A DNA stretch of 63,052 nucleotides, counting the filler, from Octopus bimaculoides (Eukaryota): assembly GCF_001194135.2 (NCBI RefSeq). It is 6 parts of 6 records of this genome, joined end to end, with 100 filler letters (N's around TTAATTAATTAA, not from the genome) between each part and the next. Parts side by side here need not be neighbours in the genome. Positions count along the whole stretch, not along the records: positions 39,833 to 59,401 come from NC_068995.1; 5 more parts are not named here. One strand, written 5' to 3'. This document shows positions 40,208-51,667 of this stretch, piece by piece. The notes under the pieces are model-generated. The model saw only the letters and a list, made by a program, of their open reading frames with translations. It did no database searches and was not told where the DNA came from. The position numbers were made by a program, and so were the translations under genes. Numbering within the stretch: the stretch's first letter is position 1; the number at the start of each line of letters is the position of its first letter.

Positions 40208-41124
40208 CATTTCCCATCAGCTTCTTTTTAGTTGCTGGCACCACCAGACGGGAGACAATATTATCGTTAAAGGCGCGAAATTGCAATTGACCCGCTGGCC
40301 AATAATTGATGAGGAGTTGGTGACTTGTGTCTGTTTTCCGTTTGTTTGTGCATTTATTATATGTTTTTTACCTTATTAATTAATGGAACGCTACATACCC
40401 TTGACTTTATTTACAGTGAGTGGATTTTATGTATTCATACGGCGTCTTCTGCTATCCCTCTTTTTTCTCCTTTTTCTCTTTCTCTCTCTCTCTGTCTCTT
40501 CCTCTCTCTTTCTCTCTCTCTTTCTCCTCCTCTCTATCTGCACACTGTGTCTCTCTGTGCTTTCTATAACTTTTCTCTCTCCTACAACTGACACATGGCC
40601 CGTAATAATCCTTTATCTTTTTTCTCCTTCCTTTTCCCGCCAACCGACGAAGCAAACAACTGGTCGTGTTTTTTTGTGGTCTCCCACTTCAACCTATTTC
40701 ACTGTCTGTTGTGATTCTGTTTCTAATCCTTTAGGATTTTCCACTGAGCGTTATCCACATTTTCGTCTCTGTCCGGCCCTAAGGCTGTATTCTATTTGTT
40801 TACTTTGTTTTTATTCTCTCGGCCCTTCACTAATGGTCCCATCTTGAATCACATTTATTCATGCTCGTATGTCTACTTTTGTGCTGCATGTCTATCCGTT
40901 TATTGTCTGTTCGTCATTGCTGTTATGTTTTGATCCCATTTCCCAGCAGCTTCTTTTTTCTTTTTTCTTTTTTTTTTTTTTGTCGCTAGCACCACCAGGA
41001 GAGAAATATTATCTTTAAAGACGCGAAATTGTGTTCGATCCGCTGGCCGATAACTGATGAAGAGTTGGTGACCTTCTGTGTCTGTTTTCCGTTTGCTTGT
41101 TCATTTATAATGTTTTTTACCTTA
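40208..41124 (+). repeat. Local direct repeat, ~170 bp x2 (40208-40377 and 40938-41124)
   Basis: Shared catttccca.cagcttcttttt...gcaccaccag...aatattatc.ttaaag.cgcgaaattg...cgctggcc.ataa.tgatga.gagttggtgac...ttttttacctta. Confidence 0.85.
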
Positions 41125-41125
41125 C

Positions 41126-41162
<37 letters not shown>

Positions 41163-41323
41163 ATGAGCTTCTTTTAGTTTCCGTCTACCAAATCCATTTA
41201 CAAGTCTTTGGTCAGCCCGAGGCTGACAAATCGTGTTCTAAAAAGATAACAACAATTCTCTTAATGTTATTGAGCATTTTCACCTGTTTATTTTGTGCAG
41301 AAATCTCTAACCACTTTTCACAG

Positions 41324-41355
<32 letters not shown>

Positions 41356-41379
41356 CACACGCACAAACGTGCTTTTCTT

Positions 41380-41550
41380 GGACTTTTTCCCTTCTCTCCG
41401 GACCTTTTTTCTCTCCTTTTTCTGACGAAGAGCCATGCTCGAAACGTTACACCTGCCTCTTTTTACCATCTTAAACTGAGCGTCATCCTACTCCACTTAC
41501 CGTCCACATACTTTTGTTTTTTGTTGTGATTTTTATTTTCGACTTGCCTA
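41380..41550 (+). mobile_element. Short PLE-terminus-like repeat (family B) with hammerhead-like core, ending at (TA)n
   Basis: 41422-41448 reads CUGACGA-A-GAGC(CAU)GCUC-GAAA-CGUU. Downstream gagcgtc, a T-rich tract, then cc(TA)n. Confidence 0.55.
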
Positions 41551-41564
41551 TATATACATATACA

Positions 41565-41739
41565 TTGGCACAAGGCCAGCAACTTCGGGAAAGGAAGCAA
41601 GTCGATTACATCGACCCCTAGTACTCAACTTGTACTTATTTTATCGACTCCAAAAAGGTGAAAGGTAAAGTCGACCTCGGTGGAATTTTAACTCAGGGCG
41701 TATAGACTAACGAAATGAAACTGAGCAGCTCGCCGCCTT
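41565..41739 (-). mobile_element. Octopus SINE with internal deletion
   Basis: ggcacaaggccagc...gtcgattacatcgaccc...aaagtcgacctcggtggaattttaactcag...cagctcgccgcc. Confidence 0.8.
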
Positions 41740-44700
41740 GGCGTAACTAAATATTAGTTAGGTATTTAATCGGTCGTTCTGTTCATGCTGCCAATGCAGC
41801 TTCGTTACCACCTCAATAATGGTTACTTAATTTAGTACGAAGCCAAACATTTTTGGAGGAAAGTTGTTGTAGATTTAATATGTCATACATATTTTGTCGA
41901 TCCGAGAACGGTGAAACACAAAAGTGACATCGACAGAAATTCAACAAGGAACGTAAATAGATGTAACTAAATACTACAAAGTATTTTGTACGGTGCCCTA
42001 GAAGTTCTGTTACTCACATTCCAGCTAATAATAAATGATTTCTCACAAATACAAGGTCACCAATTTTGGAGTTAAGGCTATAGTTTATTATTTTGACTCC
42101 AGAAGGAGGGATGTCAAGGTCGAGCCCAGAGCGATTTGAACACAGAATATAGAACACCACAATCAAACCCCGCAAAGTTTTCTTTTCATTGGTTTGGTAT
42201 AGCGTAAAGGACAATAGCATTGCCTTCGAAGGCCCTCTGAGATGTGCGACATCGACGCAGTTAATGTACCCCTTGAATACCCGCAAATGCATAGTTACAG
42301 TAAAAACATAAACAGGGCAGTAATACTGGATAGCTGGTGTTGTGACGAGTAAGGCCTGGGCATGTAATTAGTGCAGGACCTAAATATGGACACAATACTA
42401 TACTGTTAAAAAAAATCTCCATCAAGTCATTACGAACAAGGTAATCTGTTTATGAGAACTGTATGTATCTATCTAAACATCCACAATGTTCAAATAAACA
42501 TCCGCGATAATAGCATATGACCAAATCTGTAGTTCTCAATAACTGAATTGTTACGTACGACAACCCGCACACATGACAATACTTTGGGTAGAAACATCTA
42601 TATCAATACACCATAGAGAACCAGAGCCAAATAGATCTATTTCAATTGACGTCAGCACAGAGAAATTACAAGAAATCTTAGATGAATTGAACATCTAAAC
42701 CAAAAAATTGACAACTTATACTCGCGCCAAATAGAAAAGAATATTGAAAACGAGAAATAAAACACCGAAAATGAATTTTCTAATTTAGCACAGTGTTTCA
42801 GATATATGGTTGATGTTATGACGTTCATGATGTTTTCGAAGACATTAGCTTAATTTCTCTGTAAGCCAAAACTGCGTTCTAGTTTCGATTCCTTGCCTGA
42901 GCTGTTTCACTTAAGCTGTTACACTATTTTTTAAAAAAACGTTTTCCTTTCCTTATTTCTTGTTGTAGATCAACAACTTAACTTCACATTTCTTTAAGGA
43001 AATTATCGAGAATTTCATTGATTCTTTTTGCTAGATTTGAACCTTCACCTCTAACCTTCCCATAGCAGATTAAAACAGATATGAGAAAAGAACTGCTTCA
43101 TCTTTGGGTACGCTGGTAATGCTTACAGTATGAAAAGCGGATGTCGAACAGAAACAGTTGAAAGCCACTGGTTTGAAGTGTTTCGTGCCTTCAATACAGC
43201 TAATCATGTGTTTCTGTAAAATTCACTTACTGAAATAATGATGAATGTGGAGAATTACGACGTAATTTCGAAGAAATTTGGAATGTATAAAATCACCATG
43301 GTTTATTTGAAATGCCAAAATGAAAATGAAATATTGCTTACTATAGGGAGAAAATAATTTCCATTAAAATTAGGAGTATTTCAAGGAAATTAAAGACCAT
43401 TTAGACAAGTTAGAAGTATTTAATTAAAAACAACGTGAAAAAAATACATTAATTGTAAGCTATAATGACATTATAAGAGTCAGAGGAACTTATGGACTTT
43501 CCATGAGGGTAACTTCAGTAATGCCACATCTCTAGTAAACAATATTTCGTTTTCGTTTCGGTATTTCAAGAAAACCAGACATGTTTGGTTTTCGGGAGTT
43601 TATCGCATATGTTACTGCCCTGGCAGTAAAATAAATAAAAATTGATTGGCTGATGAACTCAGGCTCACAACTTTTTCACATTAAGAGGACAGAGGCGCAG
43701 AGAAATGAGAGAGGAAAAAAAGAGCGAGAGAAAGAGAGAGGTGGGAGGGGGGAGAGAAAGTGAGCATGTCTACGCATTTATACAGATAATGATTTGTAGC
43801 GAGGCTTCTACTTAGATTCAAACCGTCTCGATCAAAAATTAGGACCCGTTTGAAACTGAAAGGCATGAACGCCAACGTGAACATTTTGCGACCAATCAGT
43901 ATTGGCTGACATATAACCAATAAGGCGGTAAGCTAGAAAGAAAGTCGTGTGAAATTTCCACCAAATGTCTTTTCCGAAAGTTCTAGAAGTTTTGCTCAAG
44001 ATTATAAAAATTGGAGTATTGAACTCCAAGCGAGAATCATCTGAGACCGGCGCTACACGAAATGCTTTCGCTTAGTTCCATGAAAACTGTTTCCATTATC
44101 TTCTTGTTTTGCATAATATGCTTTGTATATCATGATCAGCAAAAACTAATCAACTTTAGGTTGTAATGCCTACATGCTTACACACACACACACTCACACG
44201 TGCGCGCACGCACACACTCACACACACACATACGCATACATAAATACATACATACATACTTGCTTGTATGCAAATATATTTTCATATAATCATTTGCCTG
44301 GTTCTGTTTATAATAACTATGTACAATTGTCAGATAAAAGTATTAACTGAAACATTATTCCTCTCTTACGCAATGTAAACTTTTGAATACCACATATTCG
44401 CTAACACGTATGTTTACAATACAATTAATTTATTGCACAAATGTAAATACATAGTGTGAGACAGTAAATATGTGGAAATGCAAACCATTTATTGTTGGGT
44501 AATTTGTATTTAGGAAGGCAGCTTCTTACGTCTACCTCTCACTTCACCAAACTTTTTATCATTCTACGATGTAAGTTAGACAAAACTTTCTCGACAGTAT
44601 TTATAGAATCCACCAGTCAGAATATGATTTGATTCTTTAAAATTATGATTATGTGTCGTTAGGTACGTGTATAAGAATATACCCAAAACTACAGGATTTA

Positions 44701-44847
44701 CAATTAGCTGTAATTTCAAGAAGAAAGCAAGACTTCACCAGCATGCTGAAATCCGGGATTGAACCAGGAAGATTTAAATTCATAAGCTAACTGTTTCTGA
44801 ACTGATTTATTCCAACTATCTGGTCCCATAATTTACAACAAAACATA

Positions 44848-45050
44848 AGCGGCAAGCTGGTAGAATCGTTAATATGCCGGGTAAAATGTTTTACAGCATT
44901 TCGTTCGTTTTTACGTTCTGAGTTTAAATACTACCGAGGTCAGTTATGCCTTTCATCCTTTCTGAGTCAATAAAATAAATACCAGTTGAGCACTGGGGTC
45001 GATGTAATTGACATACCCCCGCCCCCATACTTGGTGGACTTGTGCACACA
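44848..45050 (+). mobile_element. Octopus SINE
   Basis: agcggcaagctggtagaatcgtta...ttacgttctgagtttaaat...gcactggggtcgatgtaattgac. Confidence 0.8.
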
Positions 45051-45846
45051 CAAATATATGGAAAAACCGTTCAATACATAACGTAGAGAAAAGCGGTATC
45101 GTGAAGCTCGGAGTAACAATGGGGTGTAAAAAGTGTTTGAATTGTTGTTATATGTATCAGTGTGTGTCACTTACAGTGAGTTTTACATAGAATCCTTTTA
45201 CCAATTTCTACACGCAAGACATTGGTCATTTCGAGGTTAGTAAAAGACATTTTCCCAAGATGGTATCTTAGGTAAATGTGAACTTCTTAACACAACCATG
45301 CTTGCACCTAGTTGAGTCTTAATTGAAGAAGCCTATAATCAAAGACATTCTTGGAGTTAGTTCCTACTTTTTTAGATGTAATTTATATAGGACTACTTTG
45401 TCTAAGTGTTTGGACGCTTTTTAAGATGGGATGGGATTAGAACGTGCGCATAGACGTTCTTTCCTGGCTTATGTGTCTCTTGTGAAGTTGGCAGGAATGT
45501 CTTCATTGATTGGTTCCTGAATATAATATTATTAACCTACACAGATGTCATCGTCCCGCCAAAAATACACACTTGGTCGAAACAAATATGTAGACAACAT
45601 GGCTGACAACTGCATAAAAGGATATTATGGACAGAAACTAACTACTTGACATGTTTCCATGGAGCCGCTGCTGAACATTTCTTGCACTTTAAGACCTCAC
45701 AAAGACTACATCTATTTTCTGCAGTTATTTTTGCTTTCACAAAGATAAGTCACTCTCTTTCTCTACACCTCTCGCTTTATTATCTTTCTATTCTCTTTCT
45801 TTTTCATCTCTATCTCTCTTCCTGTCTTGTTCTTTCCTTCGTTGTA

Positions 45847-45906
<60 letters not shown>

Positions 45907-46655
45907 NNNNNNNNNNNNNNNNNNNNNNNNNNNNNNNNNNNNNNNNNNNNNNNNNNNNNNNNNNNNNNNNNNNNNNNNNNNNNNNNNNNNNNNNNNNNNN
46001 NNNNNNNNNNNNNNNNNNNNNNNNNNNNNNNNNNNNNNNNNNNNNNNNNNNNNNNNNNNNNNNNNNNNNNNNNNNNNNNNNNNNNNNNNNNNNNNNNNNN
46101 NNNNNNNNNNNNNNNNNNNNNNNNNNNNNNNNNNNNNNNNNNNNNNNNNNNNNNNNNNNNNNNNNNNNNNNNNNNNNNNNNNNNNNNNNNNNNNNNNNNN
46201 NNNNNNNNNNNNNNNNNNNNNNNNNNNNNNNNNNNNNNNNNNNNNNNNNNNNNNNNNNNNNNNNNNNNNNNNNNNNNNNNNNNNNNNNNNNNNNNNNNNN
46301 NNNNNNNNNNNNNNNNNNNNNNNNNNNNNNNNNNNNNNNNNNNNNNNNNNNNNNNNNNNNNNNNNNNNNNNNNNNNNNNNNNNNNNNNNNNNNNNNNNNN
46401 NNNNNNNNNGCCCAAAACGCCAGTGCTATTTAACCGCTCCTCTTTTACGTTCTGAATTCCAATCGTGCCAAGGTCAACTTTGCTTTTAAAATAAGGTACC
46501 AGTCATCTCCTCTGAACAATTTAATGATTCTATGAAGCATCTTAGATGCGAATGGTATTATAATTAAAAATACTTCGAAGAAGAGAGAGAGTTTTAAAAA
46601 CAATGTAACCTTCGATAGAATTTACTCATGAAATTGAAAAATACAGGTTTCAAAC

Positions 46656-46834
46656 TTTGGCACAAGACCAGCAATTTTAGGGAAGTAGCTAAGTCGATTA
46701 CATCGACCGCAGTGATCAACTAGTACCTATTTTGTCGACCCAGAAAGGATGAAAAGCAAAGTTGACTTCGGCAGAATTTGAACTCAGGGCACATTTTGCC
46801 AGGCGTGCTAACGATTCTGCCAGTTCGCCACCTT
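46656..46834 (-). mobile_element. Octopus SINE
   Basis: ggcacaagaccagc...aagtcgattacatcgacc...gaatttgaactcag...acgattctgccagttcgccacc. Confidence 0.8.
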
Positions 46835-47386
46835 GAAACTGAGAAATATTGAAATAAAAGCTACATTCCATTCAATATATTAAACCTGTGCTATCATACC
46901 CGGTCCCCAGCGTTGTGTTTATTTCAAAACTGGGTTTCAATATAGAGTTTCTGGTAAGTCAAACTATATGTTGAAAATATCTTATGACTCGCAACTAATC
47001 GATCTGTTGACTTTAAAAAGTTTATACTCCGAACAAAAGCAACATCTACTTCCATTCACGTGCTCATTCTTCACACACATGCGCACGCAATTACACGTCT
47101 ACGAAGTCTATACGATATTTAACTGAATACTACTGTAAACTTATTGGCAAATCATTGTTGCAGCTATGTGACAACTTCATTGACCCTTCGAAGTAAAGTG
47201 GTCTTTCACGGTTCAGACAGACATACGGCAACAAGATAGACACTGCACCGTATATATTTACTTGGTGCACAATGCTAATACAACAGTGTCATTCTGCAAC
47301 ATAATAATGTTTGACATATGTGACACTCTAAACAGGCAACTGTACTTGACACGACTGCTAGAGATCCCATTCGCAAAGTGATAGGC

Positions 47387-47755
<369 letters not shown>

Positions 47756-47808
47756 ATCAGCGCGCGCGTGTATGTGAGTGTGAGTCAGTTTGTGTATATA
47801 TCTATAAA

Positions 47809-48130
47809 CGCAGCCTGGCCGAATGGTTAAAAAGCCCGCTTCGAAATCATGCCGACCACGTTGGATCCCACTGCATGTCATTATGAGCAAATGTCTTTTA
47901 CAATAGTTTCGGGTCGACCCAAGCCTAGTGAGTGAAATTCTGTAGACGGAAACTGCGCGGAAACTCAATTTGTGGATTACATCTGTAATTGAAATGTCCA
48001 GCTTTGTCATATTTTGTGTCACGTTGGTTCTGTTCAAGAACTACACGAGGGATGTGTGTATCTGCAGAATATTCAGCCACTTCACATTTTTATTCAACGA
48101 GTTGATAATTAAGTTAATGTAGCAACTGAA
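47809..48130 (+). mobile_element. OR2-like CORE SINE, degenerate
   Basis: cgcagcctggccgaatggtt...gagcaaatgtctttacaatag...gtagacggaaactg. Confidence 0.6.
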
Positions 48131-49289
48131 TATTCACCTCTCAAACCGATAGAGATCCATTTTCCATATATATGAATATTAAACTACATCTCTCTCGCCG
48201 GTCTTTGAAGGGCTGAGAATATCGTTCACCCACCTCCACCATCATACAGATCAGATCAATAACAAAGTGTATGTATGTGTACAATATTAAAAACATTCAT
48301 TTTAATGAATTTATTGAGATTTTATATGATAGCTTTTATTATTTCCTTCTCTATTATTTTAACTTTGATTACGAGCAAACGAGAGAGCTTCTGTGCTGTC
48401 ACTCGATTACAACCCATTATCTTAAAATGGAAAGATACATTAAACCATGTACAGTTGTAGATATATACAAAAAGATGAGATGATCTCTGCTGGTGCGTCT
48501 TTGATAGTAGGTCTGCTTGATTGTATAATCTAGAAATAACTGTTTCATGTCCATCCTGCCGTCTTAAAGACAAACTAGATGATGTTGCTCTAGATTCATT
48601 GTGTCTGAAAGAAAGATGGGATAGTCATAACTGAAACGCTTTTTATCATAAGTTTTCTTCAGTCTGGTTTAATGTAGAGCTAAATAACAAACACATCTGT
48701 GTTTCAGTCGGTAAGTTCGGGTAATCATCTGAATATTCTGCCCGGTCATATCTGGCCATCTGAGCTGCACTGTGTTCATTTCCAAAGTGCCTAACTCTAA
48801 ATAGTCCCGTCCACATTATTCATGAAAGTAATTTATGTAAGTAACATCTGTACTTCTAGGCTTTCAGTTCGTGGTTCAAGTCCTCGTATAGGAATTTATT
48901 TATTTTATGACTTACTGAAAGGATGGAGGGAAGCTCCCATGACTTTCCTGCAGAATCTCCGCTTCTTCTGGTTGAAGAAGGAATTGTTACTCATATGTTG
49001 TTGCAGTGGAAATCAGCATATCAAGATATCGAGTTATTTTCAGACTGGAGATCTAATCCAATTGCTCGCAGCAGGCTAGACCTTCGTAAAGGGGCCCAAA
49101 GCGTGGTTGACTAAGTCTTCCATCTCCAGACGGATGCACTCCATGCGACGAACTTCTGCACAGTTTTTTGACAACCCAGTTTTGATGCCAACTTGAATTT
49201 TTGATTCTTCTGTCACGCAATCTGCTGCAAATAAGTTACTACTAACAGAATATTTATAGCTCTCAAATGTAATACACACACACACACAC

Positions 49290-49333
<44 letters not shown>

Positions 49334-51438
49334 TAGAAGCGCGTCGGATACACTGTAACTGTAATTCGGAAAATAAAGCATTTTCAAACATTGATTACGC
49401 TTACTCTGCCTGAGAATAATGTTAATAGAACTCGAGTCTGTGGAATGGCCCACCGCTTACGCATTAACTCAATGAGCAGCTAATTCAAGAGATCGAACAA
49501 CTGAATCCTCATCACCGAAAGAAAAATCGCTTATAATATGAGAGAGAGGGAAAAAGAAAGAAAGAAAGAAAGAAAGAAAGAAATTTGGTAGTCTTTGAAT
49601 AGAATGCTGCGCGTTATGTGTTCCGATAATTTACATCCTGATTTCAAATGCTTTCTGATTCATTACAAAACGTGCTGATCCAAGACGGTGGATTGTTAAG
49701 GTGTTAGAGAAAATGATTATGTTATCTACTCCGGGTCTTTATATTGTGACAGCAACGTTTGCGACAACACTGGTGCCAAATTGTAACGACCTTCCCACGA
49801 GGGATCGAGAGGGTAGAGATGGGAGAACTGCATGCTTGGACAACTGGTAGTCTTCCTCAAAAACAAGACTTGCCTAGGACTGCGCATTCAGGTACAGATA
49901 CCTGCACAACGCTGATCGACGAGGCTCTCTATATATACTTATGCATATATAGATATATGAATGTATGCATATGTATATGTGTATGTGTCTGTGTGTATAT
50001 ATTGGTAGCGATTACATGCTTTTCTCATCAACACATTGTGGAGATATCATCATATGAACATATAGATATATATATATATACATGGCCAGATTGGAGCAAT
50101 ATCGGGAATAACCAGCCGAAATTGCAAGGATAATCTGGATCTCGACTGAAGAGAGAAAACTCCGAATGACCTGTCCGTGTTTTCTTTGTATCGTCTGTCT
50201 GGATGTTTTGTCCCTTTCTTGTATCACCTAACTGTCTGGATGTTTTGCGTTCTTGTCCCATTCTGTATGATATATATATATATATAAATTTGGTAAAAGG
50301 AGTAAAACGCATATGTTAACTGAATACTTCTATTTCCAACATATGTTTCGAAGATTACAAATTATACCTTCCATAGGAATAGGTGATGTTGATAAGAATG
50401 TAATCTTCTCTTCAGGGAAATGCATGGGAACCAGCTTAAACGTAAGACATTTTAACCGAATATGAGAACTCACGTTCCCGTACGTCGGGAACGTGNNNNN
50501 NNNNNNNNNNNNNNNNNNNNNNNNNNNNNNNNNNNNNNNNNNNNNNNNNNNNNNNNNNNNNNNNNNNNNNNNNNNNNNNNNNNNNNNNNNNNNNNNNNNN
50601 NNNNNNNNNNNNNNNNNNNNNNNNNNNNNNNNNNNNNNNNNNNNNNNNNNNNNNNNNNNNNNNNNNNNNNNNNNNNNNNNNNNNNNNNNNNNNNNNNNNN
50701 NNNNNNNNNNNNNNNNNNNNNNNNNNNNNNNNNNNNNNNNNNNNNNNNNNNNNNNNNNNNNNNNNNNNNNNNNNNNNNNNNNNNNNNNNNNNNNNNNNNN
50801 NNNNNNNNNNNNNNNNNNNNNNNNNNNNNNNNNNNNNNNNNNNNNNNNNNNNNNNNNNNNNNNNNNNNNNNNNNNNNNNNNNNNNNNNNNNNNNNNNNNN
50901 NNNNNNNNNNNNNNNNNNNNNNNNNNNNNNNNNNNNNNNNNNNNNNNNNNNNNNNNNNNNNNNNNNNNNNNNNNNNNNNNNNNNNNNNNNNNNNNNNNNN
51001 NNNNNNNNNNNNNNNNNNNNNNNNNNNNNNNNNNNNNNNNNNNNNNNNNNNNNNNNNNNNNNNNNNNNNNNNNNNNNNNNNNNNNNNNNNNNNNNNNNNN
51101 NNNNNNNNNNNNNNNNNNNNNNNNNNNNNNNNNNNNNNNNNNNNNNNNNNNNNNNNNNNNNNNNNNNNNNNNNNNNNNNNNNNNNNNNNNNNNNNNNNNN
51201 NNNNNNNNNNNNNNNNNNNNNNNNNNNNNNNNNNNNNNNNNNNNNNNNNNNNNNNNNNNNNNNNNNNNNNNNNNNNNNNNNNNNNNNNNNNNNNNNNNNT
51301 GGGCAATAAAGAAATAAGAAAGATATCCATTTTCCTCAAAGTTACGAGGGAAAAACTCGCGCACTTCCATTGCTTTCCGTGCACTTTTGTTTTCAGATTC
51401 GATTCCTACGTGGGTGTGAAGTAGAAAGATATCCATTT

Positions 51439-51667
51439 AGGCGAGCTGGCAGAAACGTTAGCACGCCGGGCGAAATGCTTAGCGGTATTTCGTCTGCCGT
51501 TGCGTTCTGAGTTCAAATTCCGCCGAGGTCGACTTTGCCTTTCATCCTTTCGGGGTCGATAAATTAAGTACCAGTTACGCACTGGGGTCGATGTAATCGA
51601 CTTAATCCCTTTGTCTGTCCTTGTTTGTCCCCTCTATGTTTATCCCCTTGTGGGCAATAAAGAAATA
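51439..51667 (+). mobile_element. Young full-length octopus SINE with 16-bp target-site duplication
   Basis: AGAAAGATATCCATTT occurs at 51423-51438 and 51668-51683. The body is close to the apparent family consensus. Confidence 0.9.

Noticed and set aside
41010-41075. GAAA...CTGATGA as a type II hammerhead within the 170-bp repeat
   Set aside because: Stem I cannot form, stem II has a mismatch, and the other copy has TTGATGA.
44730-44790. tRNA-like B box on the minus strand (ggttcaatccc)
   Set aside because: No cloverleaf; most likely a decayed SINE head.
48923-49240. Short ORFs on both strands (MEGSSHDF...; DCVTEESKIQVG...)
   Set aside because: No recognisable family and length within chance expectation.
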